A stretch of DNA of 64,000 nucleotides from Gordius albopunctatus. Taxonomy: Eukaryota. The stretch is from assembly GCA_964276515.1 (NCBI GenBank), contig OZ193909.1, positions 3,596,001-3,660,000 of the forward strand, given 5' to 3'. Under the pieces are notes generated by a model, which saw only the letters and a list, made by a program, of their open reading frames with translations, was not told where the DNA came from and made no database searches. Of the stretch, positions 1 to 14,700 are shown piece after piece (within the stretch, counting starts at the first letter, position 1; the number at the start of each line of letters is the position of its first letter). Position numbers and translations under genes: made by a program.

Positions 1-486
1 ATTATATATTTTTTATAGGACAAGCCTCTCTATCTTCCATGACAATTGATAACAATATCTCAAATAATATTATGTCTTTTTCAAGTAAAAATATTTCAAA
101 TATATTTAATTTTTAATAAAGGGCCAATAAACATACTGGCTGAATCAACACTTGATAACCTTACTCCTACATCAAGTAAAGTTTATTATTTAAAGGATTT
201 AATGTATAAATATATAAATCCTCAAACTATTAGAGGTACTTCAAGCGAATATACACCTTCAATTTAAATATATTGTGAATTATATATTTTTTATAGGACA
301 AGCCTCTCTATCTTCCATGACAATTGATAACAATATCTCAAATAATATTATGTCTTTTTCAAGTAAAAATATTTCAAATATATTTAATTTTTAATAAAGG
401 GCCAATAAACATACTGGCTGAATCAACACTTGATAACCTTACTCCTACATCAAGTAAAGTTTATTATTTAAAAGATTTAATGTATA
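1..486 (+). repeat. 278-bp tandem duplication carrying two micro-exons (66 and 54 nt) of MULE element 1
   Basis: Positions 1-~210 recur nearly identically at 279-~486. Confidence 0.9.
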
Positions 487-2107
487 ATAAATATAAGGTT
501 CTCTTGAAGATGCTCAGATATTATTGGATGCTTTCCAAATAATCCAGACAAATAACCAAAGTAATATTCTTTTAATGTAAATTATATCACAGTTTTTAGT
601 CAATGCTCCGGAGTTTTTGCCGTCAAACAATGGAACTTTGCTTTATTTTGAAAACTATCTTTACCGTAGAAATATGGAAAAGAATGATAGAGTTTACTAC
701 GGATGCCGCAAACTGTCATGTTCTGGCAGAGTCAAAGAGGTTTTGGGAATTTTTTCTCAATTGCGTCCCCACAATCACGCGCCCCCTATTGGGGAATATG
801 AAAAAATAATCACTAACATTGCATTAAAAAATGGGGTTCTGGATGACCCTAAAGAAAGGATCAGCAAGATATATTACAAAGTCATAGCGGAGAGGCTGAG
901 GGACAATCCTGACATCAGGGACCATCCCGAAGCCACCCCACTGTTAAGGTCTGTTAAAAAAAAGCTAAAAAAAATGGATCCATTCAGGTACGACACGCCT
1001 AAGGATAATGACGACATTATCCTTAGGCCGCATCATTTCAAAACTCATGGTGGCGAAAACTTTTTGCTCTGGAACGAGGAAAATAGGATTTTTATTTTTG
1101 GGACAGCCGACCTATTAAAAATAATGTGTGAATCCAAAAATATTTATGGTGACGGTACCTTTAAATGTTGCCCCCAACATTTTACTCAGGTATTTACATT
1201 TTTATAATATATCCGTAACGTTTTTTTTAGATTTATACAATTCATTCTTATTACCGGGAGCACATGGTTCCGGTAGTATATACACTTCTGCCTGATAAAA
1301 CCGAAGATACTTATAAGAAAGTGTTCAGGAAACTTATTCAGATTTGTGCTACCTTGCAGCTAGTTTTCGCCCCAAACTATGCACAGGTTGATTTTGAACG
1401 GGCAAGCATCGAGGCATTGGAAGCCTGTTTCCCTAATATTATTATAAAGGGTAAAATTTAATGTTTTGTTTATATAAGTTTTAGGTTGCTTGTTTCATTT
1501 TGGCCAGGCGATCTATCGACACGCTGGGTCTGGCAAAATGAAGACTCTTTATTCATCAAACGCTGATTTCAAGCGCAGCGTTCGTCGTCTTTTAGCATTA
1601 CCATTTGTGAAGAGAGGACACATCCGCGATGTCATGACCCATTGCATGGTCCAGCCCAATGTGCGCGGCGATAGAGAAATTGAGAATTTTTTTCTGTACA
1701 TCCACAATACCTGGGTTGGGCTTGAGAGGGACCCTTTGTTCCCCTATGATATGTGGCAACGGCTTGATGCAGAGGGGCCCCGTACCAACAACCACCTAGA
1801 AGGGTTTCATAATGCTCTTAGAAGTGGGCTTAAACAAACCCACCCTACTATTTATGTGTTTGTTGATTTCCTGCAAGACCTGCAAGAAAAGACTAATGTT
1901 GATTTACTACACATCTCTCAGGGCAAGAGAGTTTATGAAACAAATAAAAAATACGCTTCTATAAATTATCATATAAATCGTCTTATAGCACAATATACAA
2001 ATATATCTAACCCTATGCCCCTATTTCCATATGTTGATGCCATCTCTAATTATATGCACTTACAAGGTCACGATACCCCGTTATATGATGAAATTGATTT
2101 ACAATAA
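19..2107 (+). CDS. FLYWCH-MULE (Mutator-like) DDE transposase, element 1; 5' end probably outside the window
   Basis: Predicted exons 19-84, 122-175, 297-362, 400-453, 498-560, 600-1189, 1231-1450, 1485-2107, all with GT-AG introns and in frame. FLYWCH-like domain (FLPSNNGTLLYFENYLY..YYGCRKLSC..HNH). MULE motifs YGDGTFK, QVDFE, GCLFHF (across a splice junction) and RTNNHLEGFH. Confidence 0.9.
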
Positions 2108-2269
2108 TAAATATAAATTTGTTTAAATTTTTACTTTTGCGGATATTACAAGCTCAAACATATAAATAGTTTGGAACGGCTTAAATATATTGGCTAGATG
2201 CTAATAATTTATGATGTAAAATAATCTTTAACGGTTCATTTGCATGTCTAAACAAATGCTTGCCCATAA

Positions 2270-2411
2270 TGTGGGATGTTGAAACCCGGGTAAAAAAAGG
2301 TACCCCATTTTGTGATTGGTTGTATGGGGAACGATTTTAAATTAGGGGACCTTTTTTAACCGAAGGACATTAAATTAGGCGAGATGATTTTTGGCGAGTT
2401 GATAGGGCGCC
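2270..2411. mobile_element. Probable right terminal region of MULE element 1
   Basis: GC-richer block ending GGCGAGTTGATAGGGCGCC, followed abruptly by AT-rich DNA. No partner TIR in the window. Confidence 0.35.
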
Positions 2412-3292
2412 TAAATGAATAAATCCTATAAGCTAACTTTATACAAATAAATTGACTAAGTTTGATTATTGCTAATTATAACAACCTAACAAGAACTATA
2501 AAAAAATTATCCTAACTTTTTTAACTACTTTCATACATTATTTTACATAATATTTATTTTTAAATGTAACAATAGTATGTATAACTGTATTAAGCTTATT
2601 TTACTTATACTATATTGTACATTAAGCACATTAGTGATAATATTTATTCATTATATATATATAATTAACTATTATTTTATGTTATTTATATCAAATAGAT
2701 GTTATATCAGGTATAAAATGCACTAGTGCTAATATTTATTCATTTTATATATATCATTAAATATTATTATCTGTTATTTAAATCCCATAAATATCACAAC
2801 AGATAGAATATGCACAAGATGTATAACGTTTTATAGCATTACTTTAGCTTTACATATGCTATACATACAAATTTAACGAATTTATAGTAACACATGTTTA
2901 TTAATTATTAACTATTATTATTATTAACAGTTAAATCTAATTGATTTGTTAAAATGTAATTAAAATGTTCATATAACATTAAATATAATTATAAACGTTT
3001 TATAGCCTTACTCTAACTATAATTATGCTATATATACACATTACACCAATTGATAATAATGCATGTTCCTTAATTATTAAATATTATCATTATTAACAAT
3101 TAAATCTAATTTATTTGATACTATATATTTAAAATATATTATATTATCCATATGTTTATATGTACAAATTAAATATTTCATATGATCCGAATTTCTGATT
3201 CATGCATACAAAAATTTGACTGGATGTACCCGAACCTGAAAGACTGCAATCACAGCTGCTATATGCCATATGATTGGCCATGAAGGAACCTG

Positions 3293-5029
3293 ATGAAGAC
3301 AGACCAAGGAAAGCTACCCCTAATTAGCTATGTTTTAGCAGGAAACGTTAGTGGAATTTTAACCAGAGCAATCTGCCAGCCATTAGATGTTTTAAAAATA
3401 AGGTTTCAGGTGCATGACCTTTGTATATATTTTTTATTATCTATTTTTAGTTGCAAATTGAAAATCCCAAAAATGCAAAATATAATAGCATATTCAATAT
3501 GGTTTCTAAAATATATCATGAAGAAGGTCTTAAGGCTTTTTGGAAGGGACATGTACCAGCACAATTTTTATCACTGATCTATGGGGGATTCCAAGTTTGA
3601 TATGTTTTTATATTTTTGAAATTTGAATCAGTTTGGCACTTATGAATATTTACAGATGAATGTACCTTCTTTTCTTGAAGATTGTGAAAGCATAAATAAA
3701 TATTTAACTTTGCATAAAGCTCATTCCTATGGTGCAAAAAAAGACAGAAAGATAATAGTTACCCCTCTTAGTACTTTTATAAGTGGTGGCATATCAGGTA
3801 TTGTAGCTACTGTTGTAACATTGCCTCTGGATGTTATCAGAACCCGTCTTATTGCACAGGGAGAATCTCTCAAGGTGTTATTACTTATATTAGATTAAAA
3901 CATAGTACATTACAAAAATGTTATTTTAAGCTTTTACATAACAATTTGATTAACTTTAATAATATACTTATTTAATTTGATAAAATATTTTTGACTTTAA
4001 TATTAATTTTAGTTTTTTTATTCCAATATTACTAGCTTTATTCAGGATTTGTTGATGGTACTAAAATGCTGATCAAAAATGAAGGCTACCTAGCACTTTT
4101 CAAAGGTTTCACTCCAGCTATTATTCAAATTGCACCTTATTCTGGTTTATACTTCATGTTTTATTCTTTGATGAAGGAATTTTATGAAAAATCCAAACTA
4201 CCATACACTTTCTATGGTAAAATGTTATATTGATCAATACCCAAATTAAATTATTTATAGGTCAGGCCCAGCTTTCCCATTTTATCTTTGGAGCAACTGC
4301 TGGAATATGTGCTAAAGTTTTAGTATATCCCTTTGACACCATGAAAAAACGGTTTCAAGTTCAAGGTTTTGAAGAAGCTCGAGCTCCTTTTGGAAAAGTA
4401 AGATGTCATTGAGTCTGCTAATTCTTTCAAGTATTATAGAAGAGAGAATATTGGTGTGCCAAATTTCTATTATGACAACCTCTATTTGGCCATAATTTAG
4501 TAAATATCAAAATGATGATTAGTTAAAAGTCAATCAATATTAAGGGGGGCAGCTACTCCCCCCTGTATATGTTATTGCTAAGATTTATGATTAAATTAGT
4601 CTAAGGCTAATTCAAATTTATTTTATTACCCTAAAATTCATTCAAACTTGTATTTAAGTAAAGTTGTCAGAATCACTGAATCAATTCAAAAGACAACCAT
4701 AGATCTTGATTCAGATCTCACTTCTGCTGACACCAATTATATGAGTTATAAATTTTTTTTAAATTTGGCTTACTTGTGCCAAAACTAATTTAACTACACG
4801 TTTTTCCTCACCTCTAACGTAATCTTTTATATTTTTATAACATCAGACAGCAGCATACAAAGGATTGTTAAATTGCTGCGTTACCATGCATAAAAACGAA
4901 GGTCCAACCTCCTTTTACAAGGGTATGACACCTACATTGCTTAAAGCAGCTATGACCACCGGCTTCATGTTTTTCTTCTACGATTACGTCTGTTCATTTT
5001 TAAAACACAGATCGAAAACTGAGTCTTAA
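3293..5029 (+). CDS. SLC25A19: Mitochondrial thiamine pyrophosphate carrier (SLC25A19/Tpc1)
   Basis: Exons 3293-3409, 3451-3594, 3632-3874, 4036-4216, 4261-4397, 4847-5029. Three carrier signatures ([29 protein letters not shown]). Family-typical [23 protein letters not shown] and [13 protein letters not shown]. Confidence 0.92.
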
Positions 5030-5762
5030 CGGCGGTCAATTTTGTGATAAAATTTAATAATGCAATAACGAAGATACTTGTATATTTATTCATTTTTAAC
5101 AAACCATATCGGGTGCGCGTGTATTTTTAATATGAAATTTTTATACGCATCTAACTTATTAACCTGAACGGCATAAATAATAAATAATCATATTGATTTT
5201 GGATTTATATAATGTACATTTTTATCTTAACATTAAGTTCTGTAGCATAGAGGATTTGATTTATCCCTTCATTAAAAGACAAATTAACCATCAAATAAGT
5301 TTTTAATCTAAAAATATAGTGGTGATTTTTGTAATAGAGACGACTTCAAATTTTAGCAATGTTTTAGACTTGTGCCCCGCTCAAATCTTAATGCATCTTG
5401 AAAATATTTATATTTTGTTGAACTCCGCATGTGTTTACCCCTCGGGATACAAATTAAGAAATGCAATGATAATTACTAGCAAGATCTTTATTTATAGTTT
5501 CGATTAAACAAAGCCTTCGGGCCCTCATCGAGTCTACATACACTATGCCTACTCGCGCATTTATTAGCGTCATAACTGAACCAATATATCAAGTTTTTAG
5601 GGTACCACCACTTGTTTTGCTTTTTAATAAGATCTTAATTTCTCTTATATTCTATCTGCAAACCCTATTCAATTTTCTTCGGCACACACAAACAAAAACA
5701 ATACCTAAAATTACATTAACGATTATCGAGTACAAATGAAAGCGCGACGCAGCAACTAGATT

Positions 5763-8700
5763 TCACTGACCAGGCGTGGGTTTGAGGCGTTTGACAACGG
5801 CCACCCTTGATTGTGGACCCCAATTGGGTGGTAGATCTGGGAATCTTGTAATTTTTTGTTCTATCGAATCAGGCGTAGCCAGGGGATTAACTGTGAAATT
5901 GGCTTCGATTCTGCATCAACAACACACATTAAATTAGAATTATATATTTTATATAATGTAATGGGGGAAGTTAAAGTCTCTGAGACAAGGATGCCACTAA
6001 ATGAGCTTTTCTATTGAAAAGACCATTATATATATATATATATATATATATAGGTCGAGTAACTTCAATTCCCAATAAAAAAACGATTTGGTTGTAAAAC
6101 ACTGGTCAGTCAAGTGTGAATTTTAAAATTTTAATCAGAGTTTTTCATGGGCGTAGCCACCCCCCCCCCTAAATGACGAAAAAAATTTTTCAATGCAAAA
6201 AGCCTTAAAAATTAAAAAAAATTATGTTTACCCGCCCCCCCCCCAATTAAACTTTTGAACGTTTCGCCCCCCCTCCTAATCCAAAACCTGGCTAGGTCCA
6301 TGGAGTTTTTTGCTTTAACATCGCGAGTCTAAAGCAGATAGAAATTTGCCTGCCATACCTGGGCAAGAAAGATCAAAAAATAGAGACGCCTTGTGCATAG
6401 GCCAACGGAAAGATACGTTATGGGTTAACTTTTGCTTACAACTAAGTATTAAAATTTAATATTTATTAATTGAAAAACAAGCTTTTAGTTGGAACAAAAC
6501 CGGGGTGACTATATCAGACCTTTGCCTTAAGATTTGACAAGCCTTAAAACCGGATAAAGTATGTGTCACAAAAAGTAAAAACTTTAAACAAATATTAAAA
6601 TAAGAAATAGAGAAGAATTATAATATTACAGCGGAGACCGAAATAGTATTTTCTTGGCGACGTCGTGCTTGACTTTATCCGCCGAAATTCCGTTCTTTTT
6701 AGCCTGCACAATGAACAAAAAATAAAATATTAATCGAAGAAACAAAACAATTTATCGTTATAAAAAGAATAATTATATTATTTGGCAACAAGATAGATGA
6801 AAAGGCGAAAAAATTAGTACCCAGCTTCTCATAATATCCCAGAGGACTTGAGGGGGAGCGTCAGTCTTTAAGGAATCAGGGCTAGCGTGTGATATGGAAA
6901 CACGAAAACCGGCATTAATTATGGCTGATCTAGCGAACATATATTATTATTATTACCATTAAACATATCGAGCCTGCTAAAGAATCGTAAATTTTCAAAA
7001 AAAAACACAATATATATATAATTGCTTTTAAAATTTGTCTTCCACATAAAAAATTGTTTAAAATTAATTTGTACGAAGACTAGGTAATATATATAAACAT
7101 GATACAAAAAAGACCCATTGATTAAATACAAAGATCTAAATCGTTATCGTCCAAAACGGGCCAAAAGTCGGAATATGTTTTAAAGTCGCTTCGCAATATA
7201 AGAATCCGAAGTTTTTCGGAGGAAAAATAACGAAAGGTTCAAATCGCTCAAGACTAATAGATTTGTAAGATAAAAATTGACTTAGTTTGATCACGGATTG
7301 AAAAATAGCGTTACTCAATGCCAAACTTTATAAGTTTGGTAGAAATTATTAGTTCTTGCCATTATTTTTCCAACCTTTACAAGCTCAATAGCATGCCAAC
7401 CAATCTGGCTAAAATACAAAATTTCCCTAAATTTCTGCGATCTCTCAATTATTTCCATATAACAACAATTTTCATAATAAACAGGCTTTATAACCTTAAT
7501 TCAGAAAATATCATCGGAGCTTTATCTTAATCGGACAACACGACATCGTGTTAAAAGAGAGAGTTTTTTCAGGGAAAATTGATCTAAAAAGGATAACAGG
7601 TTATGATCTACTTGATTAAAAGCATTTTGGGAGCTCCCATGTTGAGGGCGCTAGAAAGTCGATCCAACTTGTAGTATAACGGCACATCCACCAATTCCTG
7701 GAGAATCAATAATTAACACACTCATCCAATTACATTTTTTAGCTAAGAGAGGTTTATTTATAAGTAATTGTGTATATGATAAATATGCTAAAATCGATTA
7801 AAAATAAACACGCTTTAAAGTATGCATAATCCACTATCTATAAAAATATAATAAAATTCAAAATTGATAGGGCTTTAAGTGAGACGACATTAACAAAACA
7901 TATCAGCATCGCATTATCGAAGTATTTTATAGCGTTCAATTTAATTACACAAATCAAACCACAAACCCGGTTTTTAAAAGTATATTATATAGATACTTGA
8001 TAAAGCAAGCTTATTTAAAAACGATCTAGCTACGTTCACTGTTGTCCCGAGATATTATTGAGCCCTGCACGGACCGGCCGAAGCCCGGGCAGACGTCGGG
8101 CCAAGAATTAAAAATTAATTGGGCTCGGATCGGGCCTGACTCTAACCCCCAAAAATTCTTTGAACATTCCTCCCCCCTCCCTAAAAAAATCATTTTGGCC
8201 CCCCTCTAATTCCAATGCTGGCTACACCCATGGGAAGGAATATTTTTATTAGTCTATACATACATTCTAAAATTTTATAAAATTGCAATTGCAAGAGGTA
8301 GACCGAAATCGTAGCGATATCCCATAAAATACCCCAACACTCTTACACCCCCCCCCTCTGTCCACCTATAAAGATTATTAAAAAACCGCAAACTTAATTT
8401 AAATTTAGCTTATTTATGAACACATCCCACTCAATTTAAAGATTTATTTACCTCTGAGACGACGGATAACAAGCCCTGTATCCTACTTTTAGTGCCAAGT
8501 TTTAATGTTGGCAGCGCGGATAACATACTCTTAACGAATGTCATATCATGAATCGGCTCACCCCAAATCGGCCCGCCTAGCTAAGGAAACGCGAAGGCGA
8601 GAAAACAAAAATGAGATTAAAATCCGGAGAAACAAAACAAAAATTTTCGCTATTTACAAGAAATTGCACGTTAGACTTCAAGTAAAAATTGTTGTCAATC

Positions 8701-11700
8701 GACTTGGAGGCAGCTTAAGATTTACAAGTTAATATCGATGTTAAAAGTGAGCTAGAAAGGGAAGGGGCTTAGAGTGCCTGCATTTTGCAAATAATACACT
8801 GCAATGCAATCTAAACGCGACATTGCTTTTGAATCAATCAAAAAACATTTATGTTGGCATAACAAGATTTACGCATAAAATTGGTAATTTAAAAAGAACT
8901 AGAGTGTTTTTTAAGCCACAAAAAACCTTTTTGAACATCTATGCATAATAACACGAAAGTAAGTTATCCTGGCAGAATCAACATAAATTATGGAAAACCT
9001 AGTAAGTAGTTAAGAAGATATTTATCACTACCAAAAGAACATTCTATTTAGTTTATATTTTATTTAAATCTATTTTACTTATCTGACGATGTCCTCTATG
9101 AGGACGAAATATTATATTTACTACAATAATTTTTTAACACCCTCGACAATTCCCGAAAATATATCTATGAAGGACTAGTAAGTAGTGTTGTAAAACGACT
9201 GGGCTTTGTTTTGTCGACCTTTGGTTTAACTCTAAAAATAACCGTCAACTCTGGTCTCTAGACTGTCAAACAGCTGATAATTTTTCAGTAAGTATAGAAA
9301 CCGCCATTTTGTGGGAAATTGTAAACAAACAATAGAATTGAACTTAATTTATCATTTTATCTTACTCAATTTTTAAATTTATAAATTAAGTTAATAGTCT
9401 TATTTATTTTCTTCAATCTTATATGGTGGAGAGGTATAAATATACCTGTGGTTGAGTTTTTCCTTCAAGATGGCAGCTATAATGGTGTCTGAATAATTTT
9501 AATAGTAAAAATCAGCTGTTTGGCAGTTTATGGTTTTTCGTATTTCGCCAAAGTTTGGAGGTCGGCTAAACATAATCAGACCCAAAACTTTTGGTCTGAT
9601 TATGTTTAGCCGACTAAAACCAAAGGTCAACAACTAAACAAAACCCAGGCGTTTTTAAAAGACTAGTTGTAAGGCATCTTACTGTTTGTAAAAACGGCGC
9701 TCAATCCAATTTTTTTTAGATTCAGACTACATAAATCCGTTTCAATTTAATTGCTTATAAAAAAACTTAGAAATTTCATATTCTTCACTGGCAAGCAAAC
9801 AATTTTCTGATGATTTTATTTAAAAAACCTTTATAAAATATTATGATAAAGCAATTAACTAATCTATTAAAAATAAATATTTTGCAGAAATAAGAAGCAA
9901 GCTATAAATCGTCCATCAATTGTTAAAAATAATATATTCAAAATTTAGAAAATGGCGTTAACTTGCAAAGAACTTGAACATATGGCACAGGTGGAGCCAA
10001 TTGAAGGACCGCCGGCGTGTTTAAACCTAGGCAAATATAAAACTTAACGCTTAACGTTATACATATAATTGACACGCAATGTTCCTCAGTACCAAAAGGG
10101 GTGTAAAGTGTATCTAGAATCTAGTGTTATAATTATAAATACTAAAGGCTGTTTTTCGAATTTCGACTAAGTGTAGAGATCTACTAGGAGTAACAGATCA
10201 AAAAATCTTTAATTTGTTTATGTTTAGTCGACTAATAAACAAAATCCAGCCGTTTTTACACTGCAATAATCCATGCAACAATATGTGGCAATCTTGAGTA
10301 CCAATCTCAATAATTTATTATGCGAATTTTCCAAAATCTTGAGTATTGTTCAAATATTATTTGTTTAAAAGAGTAGCTTAAAGCAATTACTATTCTAAAC
10401 TTAGAAATCAATCAAGCCCATATAAACGAAAGTAGGAATATAAGACATATTTGGAGAGCACTCTTTACTCGCGCGAGAAAATATATAACTCATTAATGTG
10501 AAACCATATGAAAAGATAAAAATTCTAAACTCATTTGAACCAACACAGTACAACTACTTTGTATTATCGCGATCGTCTTTAACTAGCTGGGCCATGGGTT
10601 GCAGGGTAAAGGTAGTGCATGAATTACAATGGTAAACCAAACAGCGTTTCCTAAAACATACGAGATAAGTCTATAATTGCATAAATATAACAAAAAACTA
10701 TTATATTTCCACCATATTTATACTTTTAAGATTAATCCCACAATTTAGAAAGTGACTCCATGTTGAATTTAAAGCAAAGAACTTAGATAATTTGTAGGAT
10801 TAATCTTAAATATAGGTAAAAGAGGTATTAATTAGATAAGACTTTAAAGGGTAAATGCAAAGATGAAAGGAGGGCAACTTCAGTTTTGAAGGACCAGACC
10901 AGAGTACAAAACACGTTTAGTATTTTGGCACACCCACTTTCTATAACAAATGAAATAAGTAATATTACAAAAAATGACTAGATATGATTTACTATCTTGA
11001 GTCATACAGAGGAATTATAAAAGTGGATTAAATGAATAAAACTGAAAATGGATAACATTTTATCTAAGACGTTCGAAATAAGAGCTAAAACTGGGAATCT
11101 GAATAATTTTAATAATTGTAGCAAAATGTAAATTCCTACGCTGCAGTGAGGTGAACTTGTGAGGCTCCTTCGTAAACCCGTACAAACAATCGCACGTAAA
11201 AATCGATGCTGAGACAAAGGAGCGGTTCTATGTATTTATTCTGCTTACTCGCGTGACTTTCTAGACTGTGCAACACGATACGTAAACTCTGGAAATGCAT
11301 GAAAACGTGGATGACATAGCTATTAAACATTTTTTATAGGTTTTGGCAATAATATAAAGAAAAATTCATAAAAAATATATATTTATTAATCTTGCAACTT
11401 CATGAGAGATATTTTAATAAAAAAAGAAGTTTTCATTAGCTTGAGTGTTTTATTATAGCATTATCCTTCAAATTTATTTAACGCAATACCTATAAAAAGT
11501 ATCCAAACTCTCAGAATTTTACTTAAATGATAAATGAAGCACTAAATTATAAAAGTTTGAATTTGAGATAAAGATTGAAAAATGGTATAGGCATTTAAAC
11601 AAGTTTAAATTAAGATTGAAGCTACACTTTTCTATATATTTATGTTATTCCTATGTGCACTAGTAACACGGTTCAACCATCAACCGGCAAACTGTTTGCA

Positions 11701-14700
11701 GATTTTGGTAGAGTTTTTCGTGGTAAACACGAATATATTTATCCTTTTCCTATACATCAGTTTTTGAAAGATTTGCTGTAAAAATTGCTAAAAACAGAGA
11801 TTTTGGCATTTTTCGAACGTCGATAACTTACAAATTAATAGGTAAAATTTTAATTAAATATAAATTTTATTTATAAATAAAGGGCAGAACAGGAATCCAT
11901 TAAATCTTTGTTTATTAATAAGCATCAAATAATTATAAACCTAAACATGCATGCCTTTGTTTATACATTAGAAAACACGAAAAAATCAAATTAATTTTGT
12001 AACTGGTTTTTATCGGCCCTTATATCTAGGCCCGACCCGAGCCCGTTGTTTTATTTTAAAGCTTGGCCCCCGGGCCGGGCTTTTAGACCCGTCCGGCTGT
12101 GCATGTCTCTAGTAGTAGTAGATAATAGGGCACTGTAAAAAGGGTTGAGTTTTGTCTGGGAGACCTTTGGTTTGAGTAAGACTAATGATCGACCCTGGTC
12201 TGATTTACACATTTCGACTAAGCCCAGTGGTCTAATAATGAAAATAGACCAGAAAACGTTTGGTGTCTTTATGTTTAGTCGACTCAAACATAACCCGCCA
12301 GCCGGTTTTACAACACTAGTAGATAAAGAAGAACGCGCACTTAATACTTAGTGGAAAGGGGAAAGAGGGCGATATTAAGCCTGCTGAGGAGATATAAGTT
12401 AATTTTGAACAAATTAATAAAGCTAGAGTATCATATTTATCAAACTTAAATTTTACCGATTAATTTGCGAGTGATTGGCGTATGAAAAACGCCAAATCGC
12501 TGTTTTTTGCAACTTTGACAGCCAAAAAATTGGTGTATATCTATATGGGAAAAACTAAAAATATAGATTGTGTTCACCATAAAAAACTCTGCCAGAATCT
12601 GCAAACAGTTTGCTGGATTTTGTGACCATTGTTATAAGAAGAGCAACATAAGAGAAAATTGACTATATGGCCTTGCAGTAGAGCCCTGCACGGGTGACCT
12701 GAAACCCGACCCGGGTTGAAAATTATAAAATGCTTTCGGGTCGGGTCGGGTTTAAAAATTTCAAACTCGGGTCGGGTCCGGTTGAACGTTAAATTTTATA
12801 TTGAATAATAGACATATCTTTTAAATTAATGCTATTTTATATAGTATTTTTTAATTAATATCGAAATGTATGATTAATTTATCTCATACATTCATTTAAA
12901 TTAATTTTTTATGTTATATCTGAATTTTGGAACTGCGCATCTTTAAATTCAGAAAAGTAAAATATCTTGCTTGATGGATGATAAATTATAATGAACATGT
13001 AATTGATATCACAAAACTTATGATTTTCTTAATTCCCATTTATCTTTTTTTAAAAAATGTCACAACTTGTATTATCGCCTAGTTTATACACTAGAATAAA
13101 ATTAATTTATCATATTTTACAAACATGATTTAAAAAATAAGAGTTTTTGATATGATAATTAAATTTTCTCTTTTCATTTTCGCACAATATTGCCACAACC
13201 GTTATTGGACTTAAAATCAAAATTGCCTGATAACACAGAACTCTTTTAAGAATATAAGCATTTCATATGTGAAAAAATTGCGGGTTCGTTATTATTTTTA
13301 AGAATATAATAATACACATCTAGGAGTGCCGCTCTAAACTTAAAATTATACTCTATGGGCTATTTATAGGCAAAGCATGTGACCTGGGAATGATAGACAT
13401 ATAACGTTTTGTCCATTTTTGGGAGATAATAATTTGTCGCCATTTAAACCCATTAAAATTAATTTTACAATATTAACTTTTTTTTACTTTCGGGTCGGGT
13501 CCGGTTCGGCTTAAAAAGATTTCGGGTCGGGTCGGGTTCGGGTTGAAAATTTTAAAAAACTTTCGGGTCGGGTGGGGTTCGGGTTGAAAAAAGTGACTTT
13601 GCAGGGCTCTACCTTGCAGTAGTAAATATTCACCAGGAATGACCTCCTATTACTGACAAAATATCAAATATATTAATTTTATTATTTAAATCAAAAAGAA
13701 GAATCAAACCTACTAATGATTATAAATAGAAATGTGCTCCTTTTAACATTAATTTTATCCCAAAACATTTTTGCTCTTAAAAAGTTAGGATAATGCTTGT
13801 GCATAATATTATGTGTGTCAGTATAAAGGCCTTCCTCACAGAGTTATTAATATCAAATTTGACTTTTATAATATATTGCAAATGGTTTGAGAATCAGAAT
13901 ACAATTTTGATATAAATGAGTCTTTTTATTAAAGGAGTCTGTTAGAGTTAATATAGGATTTAATACAAAAAAATTGACATTTCTTACCATTTCATGGGCA
14001 TATTTGGTGTGCAATGGAATAGAATCGTAGCGACCATAGCAATTATGACCAGTGGCACCACAGAGTACACCCATATCCGTGCAAGTTACACAAAGTAGAC
14101 CTAAAAAGTAAAATCTTTTTTTAATATAGAATAACAAAAAAGTTTGATAAATAAATCTATAATAAAAATCCTAAATTCACAATTAGTGTTCTTGACATCA
14201 TTGATTTCAATAGTCTAATATTAGATAATGCTATTATCAGTCTTTTAAAAAACATACTACTTAATAAAAATGACTAACCTCCATGGGATATAGACTGGAA
14301 TGCGGCTGACATGAATGGTACTGCTGAACCATAAGGATCAAGATCTACTATATCAAATCTATCTTTGTAGCTTGTGTGTTTTAACATGAGCAAACTATTG
14401 ATTATAAATATGTAGTTATAAATAAATATACACAATTATAGAATAATTTATGAGGCACCCCATCTATATAATCTTAATAAAATTAACTTTACATATTGTT
14501 AAAAATGATATATAAAAAAATTATGTATATTTTATTCAAATTTGCCTCAAGTCTATGTAAACATTTATACCCTATTTGATAAATATCAAATTCCTAATAT
14601 GATAAACATCAAATTCCTAGAGAGTTGACCTTATATAAACACTTAAAAAGCATTAATCTACAACATTTAAATTAAAATATGGCATGCCTAAATTAAAAAT

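Noticed and set aside
46..542. Two 72-73 aa ORFs (MITISQIILCLF...)
   Set aside because: They run through predicted introns of the duplicated micro-exon unit and are not independent genes.
6355..6435. Possible extra TRMT1 exon
   Set aside because: No Trm1 similarity, and exons 6630-6703 and 5763-5910 already join in frame.
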